From: Octopus vulgaris
Lineage: Eukaryota
Assembly: GCA_951406725.2 (NCBI GenBank)
Contig: OX597827.1
Span: 21,328,001 to 21,392,000 of the forward strand
Direction of reading: 5' to 3'
Length of the DNA stretch: 64,000 bases
Shown here: piece after piece, positions 26,356 to 38,669 of the stretch
Layout: each line of letters starts with the position of its first letter
Numbering within the stretch: position 1 is the first letter of the stretch
Notes under the pieces: model-generated
Seen by the model: only the letters and a program-made list of their open reading frames with translations
Database searches by the model: none
Told to the model about the DNA's origin: nothing
Position numbers and translations under genes: made by a program

Positions 26356-27717
26356 TTAGGTAAGGTTATGTTTTTTGTGTCTTCTTTTGTGGCGAGACAG
26401 ATAGACAGCTAAGCAGAAGCTTTTACCACAGATATCACAGCAATGCGGTTTTATTTCAGCATGTAAATGGCTGTGGGTGGACAATGAACTGCGTTGGGTA
26501 AATTTCTTGCCACAGATGGTACAAACATGCATTTTCTCACCTGTATGAAGAAGTCTATGATTACGTAAGGTAGAACCCTGAGCAAATGTCTTACCACAGA
26601 ATTCACAAGGATAGGGTCTTTCTCCTGTGTGGGACCGTTTGTGAATGGTTAAGTAACCATTTTGAGTGAATTTTTTGCCACAAATTTCACAGTGGAATGG
26701 TTTTTCCTTAGCATGTATTTGTTTGTGATTGAACAGGATACTGCGTTGAGTGAATGCTTTTCCACACGTTTCACAATGATAGAGTTTCTCACCTGTATGA
26801 ATTCGTCTGTGGTTAGTGAGAGTGGCACTTTGAGCAAAAGACTTGCCACAAATTTCACAGGGAAACGGTTTCTCACCTGTGTGAATTCGTCTGTGAGTAT
26901 TTAACTGACTTTTGAGAGAGAACTTTTTATCACAGATTTCACATGGATACGGTTTTTCTCCCGTGTGAATTCGTTTGTGAACAGGTAAATAACATCTTTG
27001 GGTAAATTTTTTGCCACAAACGTCACAGCTGTAAGGTTTTTCCCCAGTATGGGTCCTTTTGTGATAATATAAGTTGATCTTTTTACCAAAAGCCTTACCA
27101 CATATTTCGCAAGAGTATGGTTTTTCACCTGTGTGTATGCGATTGTGACTAGATAGTTGACTGTTATGAGGGAATTCTTTACCACAAATTTCACACTGAA
27201 ATAATTTTTTTCCTGCATGAGTCTGTTTATGAGTAGAAAAGCTATTATAATGACAGAAACTTTCACCACAAATATCACAATTGTAAGGTTTTTCTCCAGT
27301 GTGAAGTAGTTTGTGTCGTGCTAAATTTCCACGTTCGGAAAATTTTCGATTGCAAAAATCACAGTGATATGGCTTATCTCCAGTATGGGTCCGCTTGTGA
27401 CTAGCTAAAATGCCATTTTGGGAGAACATTTTGCCACAGACTTCACATCGATAAGGCTTTTCCCCAGTGTGGGTTCGTTTATGGCTTACCAAATTCCAAT
27501 TGTCAATGAATTTCCTTCCACAAACATCACAGGTAAACGGTCTCTCACCTGTGTGAGTTCGTTTATGAGTGGATAACGTACTATTGTGAGCAAATGATTT
27601 ATCACAGAAGTCACATTTGTAAGGTTTCTCCCCAGTATGGGTCCGTATATGACGAGACAACTGAAATCTTTTGGGAAATCTTTTTCCACAAACTTCACAA
27701 TGGTGTGTTTTCTCCAT
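26356..27717 (-). CDS. C2H2 zinc-finger protein, 16 tandem fingers (453 aa from the ATG at 27717)
   Basis: Intact ORF, nearly all fingers with TGEKP linkers; the ORF-track start at 27723 is TTG, first ATG is two codons later; possible acceptor near 28261. Confidence 0.95.
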   Translation of the reverse strand: MEKTHHCEVCGKRFPKRFQLSRHIRTHTGEKPYKCDFCDKSFAHNSTLSTHKRTHTGERPFTCDVCGRKFIDNWNLVSHKRTHTGEKPYRCEVCGKMFSQNGILASHKRTHTGDKPYHCDFCNRKFSERGNLARHKLLHTGEKPYNCDICGESFCHYNSFSTHKQTHAGKKLFQCEICGKEFPHNSQLSSHNRIHTGEKPYSCEICGKAFGKKINLYYHKRTHTGEKPYSCDVCGKKFTQRCYLPVHKRIHTGEKPYPCEICDKKFSLKSQLNTHRRIHTGEKPFPCEICGKSFAQSATLTNHRRIHTGEKLYHCETCGKAFTQRSILFNHKQIHAKEKPFHCEICGKKFTQNGYLTIHKRSHTGERPYPCEFCGKTFAQGSTLRNHRLLHTGEKMHVCTICGKKFTQRSSLSTHSHLHAEIKPHCCDICGKSFCLAVYLSRHKRRHKKHNLT

Positions 27718-29760
27718 TGACAATTGTGTTTTAACATCAGAAAATAGAAAAATAAATTTAGATTTTGCTTTCTGGTTTAAGATGATAATCCCTACTTAAT
27801 ATCAAATTTTTAAGTGAAACTGCTTTTCCAAAATTTTTCAAATTTTAAAACATTTTCTGTAAAAGGCCACTTTGTGCAGATTCTAAGAATGGTAAATAAC
27901 ATTTTCATAACTGTCTTGGTAAAAAGAGACTACAATAATATTTTCAGTAGAAAAGTCTCATTCAACACAACAGTTGTTCTGGTAGAATATAGTCCTTATA
28001 GAAATTGATTGTTGAGAAATAATTTGCAGGCATAATCTTCATGTGTGAGACAAAAACAAGATCAGGATTAATTTGAAGGAGAAAAAATATAAACTTGTAT
28101 TTTATCGCAAAGTCACAATTCGGATTAAAATTCTTCTCGGTTTCATCATCGTCTAACATCCAGCTTCCATGCTGGCATGGGGGTTTGCTTCAAGTAAAAT
28201 ATAATTCCAGTATAAATTCTTTTCAGTTCTTCAAGGAATTCTTCAACCCGGCAAGAAAACCTTAAAATAGAAAAAAATGTAAAAAGTGTTTCAAATTTTG
28301 ACAGCTGATATTTCAAAGAATATGTAAAACTTGTGAAGAAATCTGAACATACCCATCACCTTGCCCCAACCTCAGTAAGGGTTTCTTCATAAACAAAATG
28401 TTAGATGTTAAGTGTCATAAACAATATTGGTAATACTTGATGGAAGCTATCTATACACATTATTATTTTTTATTTTAGAAAGTTATTTAACCCTTGGTCA
28501 GCTCTGATGGAGTAAACATATGATCAGAAACATTCCAAGTGGCACTGGATTAACCATTAAGCAAAATAAGCACATGCTTAAGGTATGAAGGGAAGGGGTG
28601 GTGCCACAGAAATGGTAAATGGTCTACAGCACAAAAGAAATCACTTTAAACTTACTAAAATAATATTTGAAGTGGTTTATATAATCGGAAATATAATTTC
28701 AAAGTGTTCAAAGCGCCATAGTGAGGATCTGATCAAAGACTTTGCAATTAATAAAATAGGAGAAAACTTTTCATATATAAATAAAGATGGTAAATAAATA
28801 TTATTTATAAATATTATTTTCCATCTTACAGTTAATTTTGTTTCATTTTGAAAAATAAAATTAATTTTATGTTTATTATTGTTTATATTTTGAATTACAT
28901 ACATACAGGGTCACTAAAATCTTTTAAGTGCTTAGGGTCTCTATGTATCTTAATCCAGCCCTGATTCCAACCATGACTGTCCTGTCATTTTTCAGATATA
29001 GTGTATCTGATATTACATTTACACACGCGCCCTTGTGGGCAATAAAGAAATATATAAATAAGAGGACATGTTCAACCTTGTAGTCCCCTAAAAAAGGACG
29101 GGGTGCTGATGATGTATGCCTTTTAATCATAAAGTCTACTCGATAAGGACTGACCGAGGGTTAAACAAGTACAAGTCTACGAAACAATATATTTAGGGAA
29201 TCCTAAACGAACTGACGAGATACAAACAACAAATATCTGACACTAAAACACCATTAATTAATGTATTGCTCATTGCTAGTGATGTTATTAACGAATGACA
29301 GTTTATTAAAATATCTAACCCATTTATTAGTTAATTAAATTAATTCATTTATTTTCGAAGCGAAGGAGGCGGGGACAGGGCATTTAATAACGATGGGAAA
29401 AGCGATTTAAACGTTGCAAGGTCACTATGTCAAGTTATGGGAAGAGGAACAGAGGGAAAAGATATCAAATGGCTTATTTGTTTAGATCCAGCTTTTTTTT
29501 CAAAACGAAGTCCATCACAGAAACAAACTAATAAATGTAAATGGTCTTTGCTCATTTCTGATGAACGAACAATAAAAACATGCCATTAATTCGGCCCAAC
29601 AACACGGCATACGCACATACAGACCTATATATATATATATATATATAAAACGTACATTATTATATAAACAATATATGTAAAATATATATATTTATGATTG
29701 ATTGATTCTAGTTTCAGCTCACGAGCTGTGGCCATGCTGGGGCACCGCCATTTGGTGTTG

Positions 29761-29825
<65 letters not shown>

Positions 29826-31454
29826 TATATATATATAAAACGTACATTATATAAACAATATATGTAATATATATATAAATAATAAAAAGATCCTATATAA
29901 ATATTAATAATATATAATATATATATAATAATAATATAATATATATATATATAATAATAATAATAATAATAAAATATAAATATATATAATTGAATACACA
30001 CACACATATATATAAAGATGTATTCAACAGGCCGACATTATAACGACTGTTTTCTCTTTGCTATTGGCTTGCCTCATCATCAACATCCCGTAATAACAGA
30101 GCAAACATTTGTCAATAAATGTCCCACGAGGAAGTCTTCGAACAACAACGTAAAGGTTTATTTATTGCGATCCTAACCAAACAAAGTAACCGTAGACTTT
30201 CTATGAGGTCACCGTTCCTGCTAGAAATAGCAGCCAAACTTCCCTTAAGTCATTCTGTGCTGTCTTAAAATATTTAAGACTGCACTGAATAATGTCGTGT
30301 TAAAAATATGATACATTGAAAACAAAAATAGAAGGAAAGGAAAAAAAAAAAGTGAATGGGAGTGTCATTAGCGAAATAGTTTTGATCAAAGATTTTGTTA
30401 ACCAGGGCCGACCTGGGACCAAACAACAAAAACAACAGATATCTTTGTATTAAATTGAAAATTTCGAAATAACGGATCGAATAACATACTTTTTTTTTTC
30501 AGAAAAAGAAAATGAAACAAAATATTATTAATACTTTCTTACCATTAAGAAGAACAGTTTTTTTTTTTATGTAGACGACATTGAAGGCAAAAAAGTTGGG
30601 TCGGTGGCCCCCGAGAGAAATTGAATTCCCCGAAACCAGGGAAGTTCCAACACACGTGATAGTCAATGCCAAGCACCGACTAATCGCCAATACTAGTGGC
30701 ACTAACACCACAGATTCCATATAAAAACAACCGTCCAGAATGTTGGACCTAAATCTAGACTTTTAAACCCCAACATTTTTTATTATTACTATTTCTTAGC
30801 AATGAATTATAATTTCAACGTCTCTTACAAGTGCCCGATGGCGCCACCACTACTTCTGGCTTCGGTGAACATAGTCACACTTTCTCAGCCGCGTTAGATA
30901 TTGTTTTGCTTCTTTTCTATTTTTTTCTTTTGTGCTTCTTCGGTTTCCTAGAATTTCAAAACTTATACAACGCTGTTTTTCTGCACAATCCGTACACACC
31001 ATACAACTCATCTAATAATATTCAGTGCGATATACACCAATCCTATCTTTCCAAATTCTTCGTTTCTTTCTTCGTCTTCTCCAAATTATGTACGTCACAA
31101 CTTGCAACTTAACTAAGATTGCTTACACACACACACACACAGCACATATATCTACACACATATTTAGAGCTTATGTATCACACACACACACACATATATA
31201 ACCTATGTATTAACCATACACACGTATTTGTAGGTAGATTAACACAGACACGCATACAAAAATACCGGATTAACCGAGATAAGGCAAGACTTCCATAGGA
31301 AGTTGTCGACAAAAGAACCTCTACATGGTCGAGCAATCTGCAAGAAATGGCAGCCAAATCCTATTGAACCGCATTCAAAACTATTGTGTGTATACATACA
31401 TACATATATATATATATAATCATTACAGATATATATATATATATATAATTATTA

Positions 31455-31838
31455 CAGATATAGGGTGAAAGATAATTAATTTAATAAGATCAACAAATTT
31501 CACCTAGTAGTTTTTCGGTATGGAAAAGGACCATATTCGGTAAAAACTTATGCAAAAAGTTTTTTTATATATAATTATAACAATAAGGGTTTTGCAATAA
31601 GTTGCCTGACCACATACCGAAAATTTTAGAAATAGCAGCCATAGGACTACTATTTCCTTTTTCTACAAAAATAAGTCTCCACAGACAACAATATTTGTAA
31701 CTCACACATGGCAAAAAAAGAAGAAAAATAATGAAATCAAACAGTCTTCAATTAATTATGGACTGCTATCATTGGCTGGTATTTCTAAAATTTTCGGTAT
31801 GTGGTCAAGCAACTTGTTGCAAAAGCCTTATTGTTATA
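31455..31838. repeat. Fold-back hairpin element (homologous to 58090-58451)
   Basis: Arms ~31577-31645 and ~31770-31838 are reverse complements; shares TTTCACC.AGTAG..AAAAGGACCAT and GAAATAGCAGCCA with the 58 kb copy. Confidence 0.75.
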
Positions 31839-31846
31839 TATATGTA

Positions 31847-32447
31847 CTAGCAGTATCGCCCGGCGTTGCTCGGGTTTGTAAGGGAAATAACTATATAAGC
31901 ATTTTTAGAGATGTAAAGTATAATAGCCATCTCAATATGGTTAACCACAAAGCAGGGGTGTTACTGTAGCTTTTTACTTTCTGAGATTTAATAATAAATT
32001 TTTAGAGAGTTACTTCCCTTATATATGCCAATTCGGGCTTTCTTAGCCATTTCTGTTTTGGTGTCTTCAAGCCATAAAGTCGTTGTTCTAAAAGAACGCT
32101 GGTCTCCTTGACAACGCTTTACGACGTTGATTTCCTTACACTCCCTTCCCCACAGCTTCACGAGGGAGGGAAGAAGCAAACAGGTGCAGGTGTGACCATG
32201 GACGCCAACTCCGCTGCCATCGATACACGAAAAAATATGCATTAAAATGGAATAAAAAATGATGTTAAATTATTTTTTAAATCGTAGACTCATTGTAGAC
32301 GCGCGCTAATACTCAGACGGGCTCGATATGAATCACGACTATAAGATACCCGAATTTGGTTAAACTGCACCGCAAAATGTGGGAGTAGTTAGGAATCTAA
32401 ATCGAAGGGGACAGACACTCACACAACTACAGTTTTATATATATAGA
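31847..32447 (-). mobile_element. Non-autonomous Helitron family H1 with extra internal segment
   Basis: Minus strand 5'-TC ... hairpin CCCGAGCAACGCCGGG ... CTAG-3', between A and T; ~200 bp longer than the two sister copies. Confidence 0.8.
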
Positions 32448-32736
32448 TTAGAGATAAAACCACTATTAGGCAAATCATACAATGAAAAACTTAAGCCAAT
32501 ACATAAGATTAATTAATTTATATTATTTTAAATATATATCAAAATTATTAAAAAATATACTAATTATACTATTATATTAAAAATATATACTATTATATTA
32601 AAAGTTATACTAATTATACTAATTATCTTTTTTTAATAATTTTGATATATATTTAAAATAATATAAATTAATTAATCTTATGTATTGGCTTAAGTTTTTC
32701 ATTGTATGATTTGCCTAATAGTGGTTTTATCTCTAA
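32448..32736. repeat. AT-rich inverted repeat (~105-bp arms)
   Basis: TTAGAGATAAAACCACTATTAGGCAAATC..AATTATTAAAAAA mirrored by TTTTTTAATAATT..GATTTGCCTAATAGTGGTTTTATCTCTAA. Confidence 0.9.
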
Positions 32737-32756
32737 TTTAATATAATATATATATA

Positions 32757-33110
32757 CTAGCACTATGACCCGGCGTTGCCGGGTCATACTGCTAGTGCAT
32801 GCATATACAGCTGCGTACGTGCGCACATACACGCGAGTACTGTCCAAATCTCCGACCAATCACATACAGCTAGCTGGCATTCAATTGGCGTATCAAGTTT
32901 CGGGCATTTTGATTGGGTTTTGGATAGAAAATTCACAAAAAAGTCACTTCTATTGATTTTTTAATGGCTTTGCGGGGTGACTGGGGAAATGTAAAGATGT
33001 GCACGACCACTCTTGGACGGTTTTGAATGACCATAGAAAGTGTGAGCCCTCTAACTGAAAAATTGTGGATTTGTATAAAGGACACACACACAGACATTTT
33101 GCCGTTTATA

Positions 33111-33113
<3 letters not shown>
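32757..33113 (-). mobile_element. Non-autonomous Helitron family H2
   Basis: CTAG terminus with GC hairpin GACCCGGCGTTGCCGGGTC; other end runs into TTTATATATAT like family H1. Confidence 0.6.
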
Positions 33114-33162
<49 letters not shown>

Positions 33163-33212
33163 TATACATATATACATACATACATACATACATACATACA
33201 TACATACATACA

Positions 33213-33277
<65 letters not shown>
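33106..33277. repeat. (TA)n/(TACA)n compound microsatellite
   Basis: Directly visible. Confidence 0.95.
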
Positions 33278-33279
<2 letters not shown>

Positions 33280-33413
33280 TGAGATACCGGAACAGACTTC
33301 AGCCCCGACATCCGAAACTCTGAGTTTTATTATGACAACCAACTAATTGTCACATATTTATAGATAAATTCCTCTTTCATAATATCGAGTTCTCATTCAT
33401 TCTTTTGTTGTCA

Positions 33414-33465
<52 letters not shown>

Positions 33466-33949
33466 ATATATATATATATATAAGCGCAGACATGGCTCTG
33501 TGGTTAAGAAGTTCGCTTGCAACATGTGGTTTTGGGTTCCGGTTTCAGTTTTCCTGGACGGCACTTTGGGCAAGTGTATTCTACTACAATCCTTGATCGG
33601 CAAAAAGAGACGGATATAATAAATACCGGACTTACAAGAAGACGGTGCCTCAGCATGGCCGCAATCCAGAGATCGAAATAAGTAGAATTATACACACACA
33701 CATACTTATTGTATGCACGTGTGTGTGTACGTATGTATGTATGTATGTATGTATGTATGTATGTATGTATGTATGTATGTATGTATGTATGTATATAAAG
33801 AGAGAAAGAAAGAAAGAGAGAGAAGAAAACCGAAGCCCAGACAACAGGCAAAAATACACAGGACATGACACAAACATGAATATCATTCTTCACTCATCGA
33901 CTGTTGACTGAAGATCGACGCACATCATAATCCTCATCATCATTTTCCT

Positions 33950-34830
33950 ATACTTGATATGGGCTGGACACCATTTGTTGTAGTCCTTTGTCACCTTTTT
34001 TGTGACAGACAGTCTCCTGGGATCAGCTCCTACCATATCCTCAGACTTTGTCTTTGGCAAGTTTCTTCCATTTCTATCACTCGGCAATTCTTGTATCCAT
34101 CTGTCATTTTCCATACATATCTCATGTCAATCTAGCTCAGTCTTCTCTCTTGCATACTTCATCGGATTCCTTTGCCCCTCAGCTTCTCTCTCGTCTCCTT
34201 TGTGCTCCATCGCTGATGCAGCCAAGAGAGCAGGTTTAATTTTTTTTTTTTCAGTTTCGTAAAGATTCCGTATTCAAAACCCTTGTCTCGCTTCCATACA
34301 ACCGTGTACAGGCATCATACAATTAGCTCGTCGCTTGGAAACAAAATCCCTATATTGACCACAAAGGTTCTCTGAATCCCTATCAATAACTTCAAGAGAG
34401 TCCTTGCAGCATTTGAAAGAATTTATTTTAGGGGCACTCCTGCTACTAACTATTCCTCTAGTTATATGTAAAGACTTTCTCTGTTAGCTTTCATGTGATT
34501 CCATTACCCCTCCTGTGCACACCCAACCCTTTTCGCATATCAAGTACGGCTACTTCCCAAATGACAGCAGAGGCCTATCTTTTTCTGTTTCCGATAATTA
34601 AAACATTTGGTTTTGATATGTTTATTTTAAAACCTTTTTTATCTAGGATTTGGTATTCCTGCTTCAATTCCTCGGCAGACTCAGCTACGAGAATTAGGTC
34701 GTCGTCATAGAAAAGTTCATAGGGACTATAATAAACCAGAGAAGTGAGAACGTACCCCTGACACACACCTGCCCGTTAAATTCTTCGTTGAATTAGTTGT
34801 TAACTCTCACCTTGTCGGGACATGGCTTGC
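33950..34830 (-). mobile_element. Highly decayed RTE-type LINE
   Basis: PYELFYDDDLILVAESAEEL..GFKINISK..VL resembles the RT YADD region. Confidence 0.6.
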
Positions 34831-35092
34831 ATGGCTCTCATTTATCTACAGTCTAGTGATAGCTGTTTCTGATAGAACCTTATGGAAGAGGTACCTAGAG
34901 ACTCCTGCGACCTTTCCAAGAAAAGTGGGCGAATAAGATGGATGGATGGTTTTCGTAACGACTACCAGTTTACAAAGTGTGAACTACTGGCAAAGGCCTT
35001 CATTGAATGTTGAGTACAATGGCTTCGAACTTCTGTATTTGTCTCCCTTTGATGGGTACAATTGCTGCTCCATCCTAGCACAAAGCCTAACT

Positions 35093-35293
35093 CAGTGCTT
35101 TTCAAACTTTTTGCTGGAGCGGAACCCCAAGGAAACATTCCACTGGCTCGAGGAACCCCTGTGCAATAATTTAATAGTCTTATGTACACATATCTGCACA
35201 GGAGAATTAAAAATTACTGCCGATTTTAGCAGTTTTGTAACTTCTTGCGGAACCCCTAGACTGTACTGGCGGAACCCTGGTTGAAAACCACTG
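35093..35293. mobile_element. hAT (Charlie-like) MITE
   Basis: TIR CAGTGCTTTTCAA/TTGAAAACCACTG with exact 8-bp TSD GCCTAACT (35085-35092; 35294-35301). Confidence 0.85.
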
Positions 35294-35624
35294 GCCTAAC
35301 TAGTCCCACCCCTAATTAATTGTTATGAATCTTTGTTTCCTTCATAATTTGGCCTCATCTATTTGATTCCTCTGTACTTTCCTAGCAACCTTCTTTGCTC
35401 ATGATGAAGTCGACGACAACACTGCTATGTCAATCATTGGGATTGACTCCTTTTTGTCCTGACTGACTGATAATGTGGCCGGAGCATCTATTACTTCACC
35501 AGATAATTTCATCCTCTCAACAACTTACCCAGGTCGTCTGGCTGTTTTCTTTGCCTTCAAACACTTCCTACCGTAAAGTTATCAATTTCAGTCGTCGGTC
35601 CCTTAGTTGAGTCTACTTAGGAAA

Positions 35625-35683
<59 letters not shown>

Positions 35684-35885
35684 GCCCTCGCCTCATTCAG
35701 TAACTCCTCATAGCTGCATTTCTCTACCTCCTTCTCGACATCAGCGAAAGCAAGTGCACCGTATTGTCATTTTGCCTAATCACCTTGTGCATTCTGCCTT
35801 GCTGTCCGTAATACCTCACCTCTCTGGTCTTCATGTCACAGAATACTGGTAAACCTCTTACAGTATCTCTCCTTGTTAAATTTAC

Positions 35886-36300
35886 CTATTTCTTTACTAC
35901 CCACAAGGGGCTAAACAGAGAGGGGCCAAACAAAGACAGACAAACGGATTAAGTCGATTACATCGACCCCAGTGTGTTACTGATACTTATTTAATCGACC
36001 CCGAGAGGATGAAAGGCAAAGTCGACCTCGGCGGAATTTGAACTCAGAACGTAGCGGCAGGCGAAATACCTATTTCTTTACTACCCACAAGGGGCTAAAC
36101 ACAGAGGGGACAAACAAGGACAGACAAACGGATTAAGTCGATTACATCGACCCCAGTGTGTAACTGGTACTTAATTTATCGACCCCGAACGGATGAAAGG
36201 CAAAGTCGACCTCAGCAGAATTTGAACTCAGAACGTAGCGGCAGGCGAAATACCGCTAAGCATTTCGCCCGGCGTGCTAACGTTTCTGCCAGCTCGCCGC
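35886..36300 (-). mobile_element. SINE family A with tandem-duplicated 3' body
   Basis: Full unit ~36068-36300 followed by a second headless body ~35886-36068; approximate TSD CT(T/C)GTTAA(A/G)TTTACCT. Confidence 0.85.
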
Positions 36301-36490
36301 CTCGTTAAGTTTACCTGGTGTATAATACCTTGCTCCCGCCCTTTTATTCTTTCCTGGCTTTTATAGCTCTGTCTACCGTATCATTTCACCACTATTTCAG
36401 CCCCCGCCTGGCGGAGCTCCTACTTCATCCAGAGATTTGATCTATGAACTCACTGTAGGATGTTTGTAGAAACTTGCAATTATTATAGGT

Positions 36491-36554
<64 letters not shown>

Positions 36555-37162
36555 TCATGCCAGCTACTACTTTCTTGAATTTAAAACTGAATAAAGGATA
36601 TTTCAACTTCCATGCCTTCTTTCTTCAAACGGCCGTGTCCATCGACAACTTACTCTCATATCATTCATCTATGTTTAGTTGTACAAACTTTATAGAGGAC
36701 GAGCAAAACGCCCCCCATCCAATGGACGGTGTTGAGTTGTCGAACATTTAAACCAAATTTTCTCAAAACAACTTGTCCGACCGTCCCATAGGCCTCCCCT
36801 TTGAGAAACACTGATTTAACCTAAATTTCAGACGCCAGCAAAAGAAGAAATAAAGACTTTTTTTCTATTCCAAAGAAAAACGATTTTATTCACACAAATA
36901 TGCAACCGAAGAGTTTAAAGTACCAATAATGATAAGGCTGTTGACTGGGAGAACACAAACATGGTTTAAATAGTAAGTAAATACACAGCATTTTGAGGTA
37001 TTATTTCAACAGCTGATGCACTTGCACGTTCCCACGACTTTATCGATCGCATTCTCACCTGGAATCGATTTTTGTAATTTTTTCAAGACTTATACATGCC
37101 CTGATACCGTCGGTATCTACATATCAAATTTGAGCGCAATCGGATGGAGGATGCCCAAGATC

Positions 37163-37224
<62 letters not shown>

Positions 37225-37299
37225 CGGATTTTATATAATAGATAACCTTCACAACCGTCCGTCCGTCCGTCCATCCATCCATCCATCTATCTATCTATG

Positions 37300-37341
<42 letters not shown>

Positions 37342-37390
37342 AAATTACTCAAAATTTGCAAAAATAAAAAGCCAAGTTTTTATTTATTAA

Positions 37391-37789
37391 CTAGCAGTAT
37401 CGCCCAGCGTTGCTCGGGTTTGTAAGGGAAATAACTATATAAGCATTTTTAGAGATGTAAAGTATAATAACCATGTCAATATGGCTAACCACAAAGTGGG
37501 GTGGTGTTACTGTAGCTTTTTACGTTCTGAGATTTAATAATAAATTTTTAGAGAGTTACTTCTCTTATATATGCCAAAAATGCATTAAAAAATGGGAAAA
37601 ATTGATAGTAAATTTTTTTTTTAATCGTAGACTCATCGTAGACGCGCGCTAATACCCAGAAGGGCTCGATATGAATCACGACTATAAGATACCCGATTTT
37701 GGTTAAACTGCACCGCAAAATGTGGGAGTAGTTAGGAATCTAAATCGTAGGAGACAGACAGCACACAACCTCACTTTTATATATAAAGA
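37391..37789 (-). mobile_element. Non-autonomous Helitron family H1
   Basis: TC...hairpin...CTAG on minus; near-identical to 45275-45670. Confidence 0.85.
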
Positions 37790-37949
37790 TTTATGCCAAA
37801 AATTAATTTCCTTTCCATATTTAACATAAAGATTACATCTATACACCAACTTTGAATTCAATTAAAACAAAATTAAAGGAACTGGAAAGTGAAAGCCAAA
37901 CAGAATAGATCTGCCATCACTTTTGCAACAGAGTGAAGACTACTGTACA

Positions 37950-37981
<32 letters not shown>

Positions 37982-38018
37982 AATTAAAATAATAATAATA
38001 ATGATAATAATAATATAT

Positions 38019-38381
38019 AGGCGCAGGAGTGGCTGTGTGGTAAGTAGCTTGCTAACCAACCACACGGTTGCGGGTTCAGTCCCACTGCGTGGCATCTTGG
38101 GCAAGTGTCTTCTGCTATAGCCCCAGGCTGACCAATGCCTTGTGAGTGGATTTGGTAGACGGAAACTGAAAGAAGCCTGTCGTATATATGTATATATATG
38201 TGTGTGTGTGTGTGTGTCTGTGTTTGTCCCCCTTGCATTGCTTAACAACCGATGCTGGTGTGTTTACGTCCCCGTCACTTAGCGGTTCGGCAAAAAGAGA
38301 CCGATAGAATAAGTACTAAAAGGTGGTGCTCCAGCATGGCCGCAGTCAAATGACTGAAACAAGTAAAAGAGTAAAAGAGAG
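38019..38381 (+). mobile_element. SINE family B
   Basis: Collinear with 3331-3742. Confidence 0.9.
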
Positions 38382-38669
38382 TATATATACAGTTCTGTTT
38401 CTACTTCACAGATTTTCCCCTATCGCAGGGGTTTTTGGAATGTAATACCAGCAATAATCGAGGGATTGCTGTATATCCTTTCTATCATAGGGATTTGTGG
38501 GGAGGGGCAGTCGAACACATGCATCCCAGTACTTGACTGGTACTTAATTTATCAACCCCCGAAAGGATGAAAGGCAAAGTCGACCTCAGCGGAATTTGAA
38601 CTCCAAACGTATAGATGGGAGAAATACCGCTAAGCATTTCGCCTGGTGTGTTAACGATTCTGCCAACTC

